This document shows, piece after piece, positions 24,389-32,000 of a stretch of DNA of 32,000 bases. Both the position numbers and the translations under genes were made by a program. The DNA comes from Acaryochloris thomasi RCC1774. GTDB lineage: Bacteria > Cyanobacteriota > Cyanobacteriia > Thermosynechococcales > Thermosynechococcaceae. Below the pieces are notes generated by a model. It searched no databases. It was not told where the DNA came from and saw only the letters and a list, made by a program, of their open reading frames with translations. Position 1 is the stretch's first letter. Every line of letters starts with the position of its first letter. The stretch covers positions 90,001-122,000 of the forward strand of contig NZ_PQWO01000014.1 in NCBI RefSeq assembly GCF_003231495.1, given 5' to 3'.

Positions 24389-25729
24389 GTGCCTAACATT
24401 ACAGAACTAGCTGCGATCGCAACCCAAAAAGCCCAATCCCTGGGCATCAAAAAATTTGATATCTACGGCTCCACCGTTGATGAAGCCAGCGTTCAGGTTG
24501 ATCACGGCGACCCTAAGCAGGTCAAAGCTTCCAACCGAGCCAGCGTCATGGTGCGCGTCTGGAATGACGACAACACAATGGGCGTCACCACCACCACTGA
24601 CGTTGAACCCTCGGGCTTAGAGGCTGCGCTCGAACTGGCCCAGGAAGCCAGTCATTTTGGCGCTAAAGAGAACGTTGCTGACTTCAGCCCTGCCGCCCAG
24701 GATCCCCTGCCAGAGGTGACCCACCAGAAGGTGCCTCAGTCTGATATCCCAACTTTGCTAGAGCATCTGAAAGGGGCTGAAAAGCAGCTTCTTGAAGCCC
24801 ACCCTGCAATTAACGGTGTGCCCTACAACGGTCTAGCGCAGAGGGATACAGCACGGTTTTACCTCAACAGTGCCGGAGCCATGCGACAGGAAGCGCGATC
24901 GCTCAGTTCCGTCTATCTCTACAGCAAGGCAGAGCAAGAAGGAAAGCGCCCTCGCAGCGCTGGAGCCTTCCGGGTGAGTGCAGATCTTGCCGAATTGGAT
25001 ATTCAGGGTTGTCTTGACGAGACCGTCGAAAAGACCGTCAGCCATCTAGATTATGACAAGATTGAGACTGGCAAATACAGAGTGGTCTTTTCGCCAGAAG
25101 CCTTCCTGAGCCTGCTCGGAGCTTTCTCTAATCTCTACAACGCCCAAAGCATTTTAGATAAGCGGAGTCTATCTACAGAAGACTCGTTGGGGACTGAACT
25201 CGCCTCACCGCTCCTATCCGTCACCGACGACGTGCTGCACGCGGGCAACATCGGCAAAACAGCCTTTGATGACGAAGGGACACCGACGCGGCCCGTCACA
25301 CTGATCGAAAACGGCATTCTCAAAAGCTTTCTGCACAGTGCAGGCACCGCGAAGCGAATGAACGCTCAGCCTACGGGTCATGCCAATATTGGCGCTAAGG
25401 TCACCGTTGGACCGCACTTCTATCACGTCTCTCCTGGCGCACCGGCAGAGCAAACCTACAGCTTAGAAAATGCCGAAAACGTCGTATACATTGATGATCT
25501 GCAGGCTCTTCATGCTGGAGTCAAAGCCTTGCAAGGTGCTTTCTCACTGCCCTTTGACGGCTGGTTAGTGAATAAAGGCAAGCGCGTCAGCATTGAATCC
25601 GCTACCGTGGCCGGTGACTTCCGTGAGCTGTTGAAAGCCATCATCTATGTGGAACCGGAGGCCAAGGTGATGCCCGGTGGCGTCTGTCCTCATGTGTGGG
25701 TTGACGGACTATCGATTACAGGTGAGTAG
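24389..25729 (+). CDS. pmbA: PmbA/TldE-family protein, partner of TldD
   Basis: 446 aa with a GTG start at 24389. An AAGGA sequence lies 8 nt upstream. PmbA-type motifs are present ([48 protein letters not shown]). The HExxxH motif is absent, as expected for the TldE subunit. Confidence 0.88.
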   Translation: MPNITELAAIATQKAQSLGIKKFDIYGSTVDEASVQVDHGDPKQVKASNRASVMVRVWNDDNTMGVTTTTDVEPSGLEAALELAQEASHFGAKENVADFSPAAQDPLPEVTHQKVPQSDIPTLLEHLKGAEKQLLEAHPAINGVPYNGLAQRDTARFYLNSAGAMRQEARSLSSVYLYSKAEQEGKRPRSAGAFRVSADLAELDIQGCLDETVEKTVSHLDYDKIETGKYRVVFSPEAFLSLLGAFSNLYNAQSILDKRSLSTEDSLGTELASPLLSVTDDVLHAGNIGKTAFDDEGTPTRPVTLIENGILKSFLHSAGTAKRMNAQPTGHANIGAKVTVGPHFYHVSPGAPAEQTYSLENAENVVYIDDLQALHAGVKALQGAFSLPFDGWLVNKGKRVSIESATVAGDFRELLKAIIYVEPEAKVMPGGVCPHVWVDGLSITGE

Positions 25730-25817
25730 CTTGCCTATGACAGTAGGCTGGAGCAGATTGGATAAAACCGCTGCTGTTGCTGGATAACCGCAGCGTATAT
25801 CTTTGTAGGTATATTAT

Positions 25818-25849
25818 TCGTAAGGTAGATTCAAAAATCTGCCTTACGA
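25818..25849 (+). other. Strong hairpin in the pmbA-tamB intergenic region
   Basis: TCGTAAGGTAGAT (25818-25830) pairs with ATCTGCCTTACGA (25837-25849). The stem is 13 bp including one G-U pair, with the 6-nt loop TCAAAA. No U-tract follows on either strand. Confidence 0.5.
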
Positions 25850-25920
25850 TTGATGCAACGATCGTGGAAATTGCGTAGCGTAAGTCCCATCGACCGCCCC
25901 CCATCAGAGAGCTTTGCTTC

Positions 25921-28900
25921 ATGTCCCAAACTGCCCCCTCAGGAGGCGAGCCTCCTCAGCAGTCAAGTCGATTTTGGTTAATCCTCTCTAGCAAGCCCGT
26001 CATCGGAACTCTCTTGGTCCTGGTGGCCCTGATTGCGGTGGGCTGTTGGCGATTGCTAGTCTTCATTAATGAGGATCTAGCGCCCTTTATCTCTGCACAG
26101 TTGAGTGAGTCTCTCAATCGCCCCGTTGAGGTGGGTGAGCTAGAGTCGTACTCATTGACGGGGATGCGCTTTGGTCCTTCAGGATTGCCTGCCTACGAAA
26201 CGCAAATCGATGGCAAAAACGTGATCGACAACGATACGGCAACAACAGAGGCTGTTGATGTTTCCTTTGATATCTGGAAGACGCTTCAGACCCGGACGTT
26301 GAACTTAGATGTGACGCTGGTTGACCCGAAGCTTAACGTTGATCAAGATGCCGAGGGACGTTGGATACTGACGGCTCTAGACGAAGAGGAAGATTCCGAT
26401 CCACTGGTGAAGATTCAGCTCGATACGCTGCGGGTCAAGAATGCACAGGCTGTGATTACCCCCTTTGGGGTGGCGGGACGAACGGTTAAGGATGTCGATG
26501 GTGTCGTTGAGCTGAGTGAAGAGCAGATCGGCGTCAAAGGTAAGGGTGAACTGGACTCTGGCGGTATTGCCCGCGTTGATGGTCAGTGGCGGCAGGGTAG
26601 TCAAGCGCTGAAGCTCAATCTTAAAACGCAAGATTTTGCCGTGGTGCCGTTGCTGGGGTTCGTTCCCGCTGAGCTGCCGATTAGAATTCGTTCTGGGATT
26701 GTCGATGGCAACTTTGACTTAGAGTACCAGCCCAACCAGCCGATTAAGGTAACAGGTAAGGCTGATGTTGCCAGAGCGGACGTTCAGATCCCTGAGCAAA
26801 ATATTCGAGTGAAGGCGCGGCGACTCAAGAGCAATTTTCGGGTGGCCTACACGGAAAATGAGCTGCCCAAAGTCGGAGGCGACGCTCAGTTTCAGGGGGC
26901 CGATCTGGCCATTCCTGAGCAGCTAATTTTTCAAAATGGGCGATCGCAACAGCAGCGCCTCACCAACACCAGCGGCAAGCTGAAGTTCATCGAAGACAAA
27001 AGTCGGCTTCAGTTTGAAGCGCAGGGCAAAATCGCTTCTGGAGGCCGCTTGCGGACACGGGGAGAAACGTCCCTCGATCTAGAGAAAATTAATGTTCTAC
27101 TGTTGGCCCGCAATATTTCAGCTCCCATCTTGGATGGAGCCTTTGAGCTGCCGGTGCAAATTGCCTCGGGGCGAGTAGATGCCAACCTCAATATTCAGCT
27201 TCGCCCGGACAAGCGTCCGAATGTGCGCGGCACGGCTCGGATGCAAAAAATTGATGCTCAAATCGTGGGCTTGCCGAAGCCGTTCTATAACGCTAATGGC
27301 TTCGTGCGTTTCCCCGGTGGTTTGACCACTGAGCTTTCGGGCATTACAGCTCGCTATGATCAGGTGCCGCTGCAGGCCAATGGCGTCATTGATATCGATA
27401 AGGGCTACAACATCATCGCCAAGACGACCGCTGTAGAGGCCAACACAGCGCTCAATACTCTAGGGATTGGTCCTGAAACGCTGCCGTTCCCTATCGTCGG
27501 CAAGATTCGGGTACCCGAGCTACGCGTCACCGGGGCCATCGATAAGCCTCTGATTTCTGGACAGGTGGCGGCGTCTGAAGGAACCACCATTGACCGAGTG
27601 CCTTTTGAACGGGTCAATGCTCAATTCCGGCTTGCCGCGCCCCTGTTGCAGGTCACCCAGATTGATGCTCGACCCCAGGCTGGCGGAACGATTACAGGGC
27701 AGGCCCGATATGATCTGACGCCCGGTGCAGAAGTTGCTGCCAATATTGACGTCCGGAATGTTCCGGGTGACGCTGTTGCTCGACTCTATGGCTCCTCTCC
27801 CCCTATTGCTGTGGGGCCGGTCTTTGCCCGGGTCAATCTCTCCGGTCAGCCAGAAGATATTAGAACGAAAGTTGACTTCCAGGCGCGTCAGGCCACCTAC
27901 CCAACGACGGGAACGTTGCGTCTACGCAGCGGTATCGTTGCCTTCGAGAATATTGTGTCTCAGGTGGCGAACGGTACGGCTCGGGTCAATGGTCAGCTGA
28001 TTGATCAAAGGCTGCAGGCTAATGTCAAATTGGCGGGGATTGCGCTCAACAACTTTTCTGAAAATGTGCGGGGTGCGCTCGACGGCAGCGTTGATATTGC
28101 TGCGCCGTTGGCGTCACTGAGTGCTGAGACGGTTCGGGCTGATGGTAACCTTCGTTTCTCTGGGCTGGGCTTGCCTCAGGGACCGTCGCTGTTTGCAGGA
28201 CCGCTGAATACGGCGGTGGGCTGGAACGGTCGCCAGCTCCTTATTAAGGATGCGGCAGCACCGGGGTTCAGAGCCAATGGTGCGATTACAGCCAATCTTC
28301 AAGATCCGCAGAAGTCGCGCCTGGGTCTCAACGTTTTGGCCCGCGATTATGACTTGCGATCGCTTTCTGCCTTTGCGCCTACAGCCGTTCCCGTCAGGGG
28401 GCGCGCGAATCTGACCGGACGAGTGACCGGGACGTTAGAGGCCATTAACCTGCGTTCCACTGTGGCGCTAAAGGACTTCGCCGTTTCGCAGTTTGCCTTT
28501 GAACCCACGCTCAGGGGCAATCTCAACTACGGGCAGGGCGTGGACTTAGACTTGCGAGGGAATCGCGATCGCATCCAGGTTGCCCTAGACCCCGACCTAC
28601 AGCCTGAATCATTTCTAGTGAAGCGTGACGAAGCCATTGCTAAGGGCGTCAGTCGTGGCGATTTGCTGCTAGTAGATGTACAGAAGTTTCCGCTAACGGC
28701 CTTAAATCTGCAGCCGGGGGGTGTTGGTCGAGTGACGGGGCTGGCCTCTGGTGACTTTCAGGCCAACTTGAAGGCGCAGTCTTTGATCGGCAGCGTTGCC
28801 ATTAATAAACCCGGTATCGGCGATCTGCAGGGCGATCAGTTTACTGGCGATATTCGCTATGTGGACGGGGTTGCTTCCCTAGATCAGGGCAAACTGCTCA

Positions 28901-31206
28901 AACGAGATAGCCAATACCTGCTCAGTGCCAAGCTTGAACCCGGCGAGGTTCCGAATTACGAAGGCCAGCTCAATGTTGTCAACGGTGAAATCAAAGATGT
29001 TGTGGCTGTCGCTCTGTCGCTGCAGTCCTTAGCCGGCGGCGGCGGCCCCGTCGATGACTCGGTGGGCTACGGAACGGCGGCTGATGTCCAAACAACAGCG
29101 GTGGGAGTCCCCAATTCGCCGCTGCAGGTCCAGCTCCAGCGCTTTGCTGAAATTGAACAGCTTATTGCTCAGCAGCAGGCCGCAAAAGAAGGGGCAGCTC
29201 CACCGATAGATATTGCCAATCTCAGGGGGCAATTCGACGGCCAGATTAGCGTCGCTGGGTCCGGCTTCGAAAATGTCGAGGGCGATTTTGATCTGCGGGG
29301 TCAGAATTTTGTCCTGGGGGACTACCGCGTAGAGCAGGTTGTAGCCGCAGGCGGCATCAATGATGGAACCCTGCGTCTCGATCCGATTAAGCTGGCGACG
29401 GGCGATCGTCAAGCGATTCTCACAGGCCAAGTTGGATTAGAAGAGCTAAACGGCGAGCTGCTGGTCAATAATGTCGCGGTGGATCCGCTCAATCAGTTTG
29501 TCAGCCTTCCGGTTGAAGTCGCCGGAAACTTGAACGGTAAAGCCATTCTCTCCGGCAGTCTGTTTGATCCACAGATGAAGGGGCAGTTCAGCCTTGCAGA
29601 TGCCAGACTCGGTGAAACTCCTGTTGCTAGGGCTGAGGCTGATTTGAGCTATCAGGATGCACGCCTGCGCTTTGAGAGTATTGCCATGCTCGATAATCCA
29701 GAGCCGATTCAGATTACGGGCAACATTCCCTATGCGTTGGGCTTTGCAGTTCCAGACAGTGATGAAATTGAACTGACGGCTAAAGTTAAAAACGAAGGCT
29801 TGGCGCTCGTGAGTTTAGCGACTGATCAGGTTGCTTGGTTGGGCGGTCAGGGAGAAGTTGATCTACAGGTGCGTGGCACTCTTGAGCAGCCGCTCTTAAA
29901 TGGAACGATTGCCTTCAACGACGCCATGCTGAAGGCGCAGGCTTTAGAAGATCCACTCACCAACGTGACCGGCAGGCTGCAGTTTAATCGCAATCTGGTG
30001 ACGATTCCTAATCTAACGGGAATTTACAATGAGGGTGAGATTGTGGCCGCAGGGAGCCTTCCCATCTTTGAACCTAAGATGGTCCCTCCTCAGCCCCTCA
30101 CGATTGGAATTGAAGGTCTTGATGTTTCAGTTGCTGAGCTTTACCAAGGCGGCGTCACAGGGCAGGTCATGATCACGGGGGCTGCGGTCGAACCCACGAT
30201 TGGTGGCACCGTTAAGCTGAGCGATGGGCAAGTCTTGCTGGCGAAAGCGGCGGGGGGCTCATCAAACGAAGAAGAAGCTGTTCAAGAGACTCAAGCAGAA
30301 GAAACGGTCAATACCGGCCCCCGTCGCTATGTACCGCTGTCGGAGCTAACCCCCACCGATCGGCCCATCCGTCTCAATAATTTGTCGCTGCAGCTAGAAG
30401 ATAACGTGCGGGTGACCCAAGATCCTATCCTCAGCTTTGTTTCGACCGGTAACTTGCTGATCAATGGTTCGGCCACTGCCCCCGTTGTGGCGGGCAAGAT
30501 TCGCTTTCGTAAGGGAACAATTAACCTGATTACGTCTCGCTTCCGTGTGGATCCGAGACGGGACAGCTTTGCTGAATTTGATCCTGCATTTGGGCTTGAC
30601 CCCTACCTCAATATTGCGATGCGGACCACTGTCACAGAGACAACCCAGGCGAAATCGACGGATCTCAATGAGGCAGAAGAGGTCCCTGCTGGGGCACTGG
30701 GGTCGTTTCAGTCTGTGCGAGTCAAGGCAACGGTAGATGGTCGCGCCAGTGAACTGGTCAGCAACTTTAAAGATGTTGTCGAGGTCACCAGTTCCCCGAG
30801 GCGATCTGAGGGTGAAATAATTGCCCTGCTTGGGGGTGGGGTCACGAGCGCGGTTCAGCAGGGACAGGCCCAGCAGGCCGCTGTTAATCTGGCCGGTTCC
30901 GCTGCCCTTTCGGGTGTCCAAGGACTGTTTGATGGTTTACTGGGCAGTCGGGCGACTTTCCGAGCTTTTCCGGTGTTGTTGCCTGACGTCAATGAAGGTG
31001 AAGGATCGGTGCTATCGCTGGGAGCAGAGCTAGGTTATGACGTCACCGATCGATTCTCTGTGTCGGTGCTGCAGGTGCTCACGGGGGTCGATGAACCGAC
31101 GCTGGTTAATCTTTCCTACGACATCAATCGAAACTTAACGACTCGAACCTCTGTCAGTACTGATGGTGAGGCCGTTGGGTCTTTGGAATATCGGATTCGA
31201 TTTTAG
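25921..31206 (+). CDS. tamB: TamB/DUF490-family translocation and assembly module protein (cyanobacterial TIC236-like)
   Basis: 1761 aa. A single N-terminal membrane anchor is present (VIGTLLVLVALIAVGCWRLLVF). The body is very long, Gly/Val/Asn/Leu-rich and beta-strand-like. The C-terminal DUF490-like region ends in SLEYRIRF. Confidence 0.88.
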   Translation: MSQTAPSGGEPPQQSSRFWLILSSKPVIGTLLVLVALIAVGCWRLLVFINEDLAPFISAQLSESLNRPVEVGELESYSLTGMRFGPSGLPAYETQIDGKNVIDNDTATTEAVDVSFDIWKTLQTRTLNLDVTLVDPKLNVDQDAEGRWILTALDEEEDSDPLVKIQLDTLRVKNAQAVITPFGVAGRTVKDVDGVVELSEEQIGVKGKGELDSGGIARVDGQWRQGSQALKLNLKTQDFAVVPLLGFVPAELPIRIRSGIVDGNFDLEYQPNQPIKVTGKADVARADVQIPEQNIRVKARRLKSNFRVAYTENELPKVGGDAQFQGADLAIPEQLIFQNGRSQQQRLTNTSGKLKFIEDKSRLQFEAQGKIASGGRLRTRGETSLDLEKINVLLLARNISAPILDGAFELPVQIASGRVDANLNIQLRPDKRPNVRGTARMQKIDAQIVGLPKPFYNANGFVRFPGGLTTELSGITARYDQVPLQANGVIDIDKGYNIIAKTTAVEANTALNTLGIGPETLPFPIVGKIRVPELRVTGAIDKPLISGQVAASEGTTIDRVPFERVNAQFRLAAPLLQVTQIDARPQAGGTITGQARYDLTPGAEVAANIDVRNVPGDAVARLYGSSPPIAVGPVFARVNLSGQPEDIRTKVDFQARQATYPTTGTLRLRSGIVAFENIVSQVANGTARVNGQLIDQRLQANVKLAGIALNNFSENVRGALDGSVDIAAPLASLSAETVRADGNLRFSGLGLPQGPSLFAGPLNTAVGWNGRQLLIKDAAAPGFRANGAITANLQDPQKSRLGLNVLARDYDLRSLSAFAPTAVPVRGRANLTGRVTGTLEAINLRSTVALKDFAVSQFAFEPTLRGNLNYGQGVDLDLRGNRDRIQVALDPDLQPESFLVKRDEAIAKGVSRGDLLLVDVQKFPLTALNLQPGGVGRVTGLASGDFQANLKAQSLIGSVAINKPGIGDLQGDQFTGDIRYVDGVASLDQGKLLKRDSQYLLSAKLEPGEVPNYEGQLNVVNGEIKDVVAVALSLQSLAGGGGPVDDSVGYGTAADVQTTAVGVPNSPLQVQLQRFAEIEQLIAQQQAAKEGAAPPIDIANLRGQFDGQISVAGSGFENVEGDFDLRGQNFVLGDYRVEQVVAAGGINDGTLRLDPIKLATGDRQAILTGQVGLEELNGELLVNNVAVDPLNQFVSLPVEVAGNLNGKAILSGSLFDPQMKGQFSLADARLGETPVARAEADLSYQDARLRFESIAMLDNPEPIQITGNIPYALGFAVPDSDEIELTAKVKNEGLALVSLATDQVAWLGGQGEVDLQVRGTLEQPLLNGTIAFNDAMLKAQALEDPLTNVTGRLQFNRNLVTIPNLTGIYNEGEIVAAGSLPIFEPKMVPPQPLTIGIEGLDVSVAELYQGGVTGQVMITGAAVEPTIGGTVKLSDGQVLLAKAAGGSSNEEEAVQETQAEETVNTGPRRYVPLSELTPTDRPIRLNNLSLQLEDNVRVTQDPILSFVSTGNLLINGSATAPVVAGKIRFRKGTINLITSRFRVDPRRDSFAEFDPAFGLDPYLNIAMRTTVTETTQAKSTDLNEAEEVPAGALGSFQSVRVKATVDGRASELVSNFKDVVEVTSSPRRSEGEIIALLGGGVTSAVQQGQAQQAAVNLAGSAALSGVQGLFDGLLGSRATFRAFPVLLPDVNEGEGSVLSLGAELGYDVTDRFSVSVLQVLTGVDEPTLVNLSYDINRNLTTRTSVSTDGEAVGSLEYRIRF

Positions 31207-31338
31207 CAACCGCTAGCGTCGCTCTTCCTTTGGAAGCAGATAGGCTACAGGCTATCGCAACGGTTTTAGCTGATTTTAATTTCAGGGTTCTCGTCCTGAT
31301 CTACAACGGGTAAAGGATCTTTCTCTGCATACCTTTTT

Positions 31339-32000
31339 ATGAGAATCGTCAACAGGCGTCGCTTATTCCCCTGTTTAACTCTGTTTGTCGTTACCCTGTC
31401 GCTGTGCTGGACTCTGTTGACTCCTGTACAGGCTCAAGAAAGTGCCGCAATCAGAGCGCCAGTGGTGGTGGATGGCCGTGAAATTCTCAAGGTGGGTAAG
31501 GCCGGGGATTTTACAGCTGAGGAGCGGGCAGAGCAGGTCGCAGGGCCGCTGGAGCGAGCCGTTAGCGCCAACAAAAAGCCTCGAATTGAGGTTGAGGAGC
31601 GCAATAATCAGCCAGCGCTGATGTTAAACGATCGTTATTTGATGACGATTACGGCTGCTGATGTTGATGCTGCGATCTCCCCTCAATTTCAGGCCGATCG
31701 GTGGGCAAATAAGCTGGAGGATGCGATCGCAACGGCCCAATCTGAACGCAGTCTGCAGTACCGGGAGCAAGCCTGGATCATGGCTGCCGCCGTCGCTCTA
31801 GCCGCTTTAGGAATTCATTTGGGCTTGGGACGTCTTCAGACCTTCGTGCTGCGGCGGGTGTTGCACCAGCTCCCTGACCCCTCAGAATCAGTCGAAGGCA
31901 ACCAGGGGATTCGCCTCTCTTTTAGGGCCATACTTGCGATCGCACGCCTCGTCCTTTGGTGTAGTGCAGTTCTCTACATCGCCAATCTCTTCCCGGCTTC
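31339..32000 (+). CDS. Putative mechanosensitive-channel (MscS-like) family membrane protein, 3'-truncated by the window edge
   Basis: I translated this by hand because it is absent from the ORF track (there is no stop inside the window). The frame is open from the ATG at 31339 to the window end. It begins with a signal or anchor sequence (MRIVNRRRLFPCLTLFVVTLSLCWTLLTPVQA). A soluble segment follows (APVVVDGREILKV...FTAEERAEQV), then two hydrophobic helices. The family call rests only on resemblance of this N-terminal architecture; the channel domain lies outside the window. Confidence 0.45.
   Translation, partial: MRIVNRRRLFPCLTLFVVTLSLCWTLLTPVQAQESAAIRAPVVVDGREILKVGKAGDFTAEERAEQVAGPLERAVSANKKPRIEVEERNNQPALMLNDRYLMTITAADVDAAISPQFQADRWANKLEDAIATAQSERSLQYREQAWIMAAAVALAALGIHLGLGRLQTFVLRRVLHQLPDPSESVEGNQGIRLSFRAILAIARLVLWCSAVLYIANLFPA

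Noticed and set aside
25716-25922. A 68-aa minus-strand ORF filling the pmbA-tamB intergenic region.
   Set aside because: It has no ribosome-binding context or recognisable motif, and it contains the 13-bp hairpin. A non-coding regulatory spacer is the more economical explanation.
1-32000. A search for mobile elements, CRISPR arrays, tRNA, rRNA, tmRNA or SRP RNA genes, and defence or toxin-antitoxin modules.
   Set aside because: I saw no transposase, integrase or recombinase-like ORF, no spaced direct-repeat array, and no tRNA-like T-arm (GGTTCGAATCC-type) sequence in the intergenic regions. No small paired ORFs typical of toxin-antitoxin systems are present. Gene density and composition look uniform, consistent with core chromosome.

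Overview
The window reads as core cyanobacterial chromosome. The HIP1 octamer GCGATCGC occurs at least 22 times, and the gene content is typical of the phylum. I call 24 protein-coding genes, two of them cut by the window edges. I found no rRNA, tRNA, CRISPR array, transposase, integrase or phage-like gene.

The dominant theme is cell-envelope biogenesis. A co-directional minus-strand block at 7.7-16.1 kb carries an IMPase-family gene, a DUF1824-like gene, purC, bamA (Omp85), lpxC, fabZ, lpxA and lpxB. A plus-strand block at 22.0-31.2 kb carries a DUF429 gene, tldD, pmbA and a 1761-aa TamB/TIC236-like gene. The remaining genes are:
- glpK (partial)
- a TPMT-like methyltransferase
- a GNAT acetyltransferase
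- a secreted fasciclin protein
- a GIY-YIG-like protein divergent from recN
- coaE
- an FHA plus degenerate-receiver protein
- a secreted WG-repeat protein
- an SLC13/TrkA-C transporter
- a GAF-PAS-GGDEF-EAL protein
- a partial MscS-like gene

I do not see a convincing novel multi-gene system such as a defence island, toxin-antitoxin pair or biosynthetic cluster. The best leads are modest:
- an 871-codon bamA ORF with no in-frame ATG at all, which forces a non-AUG start
- a tight DUF429-tldD-pmbA array just upstream of tamB, with no tamA present
- ATGA and TAATG translational-coupling junctions
- four convergent gene pairs whose 3' ends overlap, leaving no room for terminators
- three structured or palindromic intergenic regions (2940-2985, 19018-19268, 21792-21988 and 25730-25920 are the candidates listed)

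All family assignments come from motif recognition by eye. No database search was run.
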